64,000 nt of DNA from Raillietiella orientalis (taxonomy: Eukaryota), in assembly GCA_036172245.1 (NCBI GenBank), contig JAYWIR010000057.1:248001-312000 (forward strand), written 5' to 3'. Below the pieces are notes generated by a model. The model ran no database searches. It worked only from the letters and a program-made list of their open reading frames with translations, and was not told where the DNA came from. The position numbers were made by a program, and so were the translations under genes. Each line of letters begins with the position of its first letter. Within the stretch, counting starts at the first letter, position 1. Below, piece after piece: positions 63,601-64,000 of this stretch.

Positions 63601-64000
63601 TTTCAAAGTTCCCGTCTGAGAAAGCTGTACCAAAGGAAACACAAAAGTCATCTGCGGTCATCGAATTATCGTTGATTGGGGATTCTGCCCCGGAGAACCA
63701 CCATCCTCTTTCGGTTGTTTCGCAGAGACCACGATCATCAACGGTTCTTCCTGAAAAGCGATAATCGATAAATCCTCAGCATCCTTCATCGTGATTCGTC
63801 ATTTATCATTGTCGGTGTCCACTCAGATTTCTCAAGGATGGTTATGATGTGCACGGAGATCCCAGTTCAGTGCTACGGAAGCAAAAGGAGGCGACGTAGA
63901 TGAATGGGATGGGAGGCATGAAAGATGGTCTTCTTTCATGCCGTTGCATCTTTGCAGAGGTGGGCGGATGGACTTTTTTTTTTCAGAACTGAAATGAGTG

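Noticed and set aside
31183..63764. Numerous 60-290 aa ORFs on both strands
   Set aside because: Arg/Ser/Pro-rich, overlapping in several frames, without conserved domains or coherent splice patterns, as expected of non-coding DNA near 50% GC.

Overview
Eukaryotic genomic DNA, most likely an arthropod (CPSF30 with two zinc knuckles, insect-type REXO5). No prokaryotic features, CRISPR, rRNA or intact tRNA were seen. The first ~27 kb is a compact cluster of genes with tiny introns (40-61 nt). It holds a complete UBA1 (E1) gene on the minus strand: 13 core exons at 1034-4696, one GC-AG intron, and a distal NLS-encoding exon at 14999-15112 reached through a 10.3-kb intron. It also holds an intronless REXO5-like DEDDh exonuclease (21900-23729), a 6-exon CPSF4/CPSF30 gene (25044-26159) and a convergent 2-exon orphan single-pass membrane protein gene (26485-27099). 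Between the genes are a truncated LINE with a 13-bp TSD, a hAT-like MITE and a possible Tudor-domain relic. From ~28 kb on there is no recognisable host gene: decayed LTR-retrotransposon remnants, three copies of a tRNA-headed SINE-like family with a conserved cUUCGg hairpin, and an AT-rich fold-back element. The best hypotheses are (i) REXO5 as an alternative terminal exon within the CPSF4 transcription unit, giving possible poly(A) autoregulation, (ii) nuclear and cytoplasmic UBA1 isoforms from separate upstream exons, and (iii) a structured SINE family. All gene models were built by eye, without database searches.
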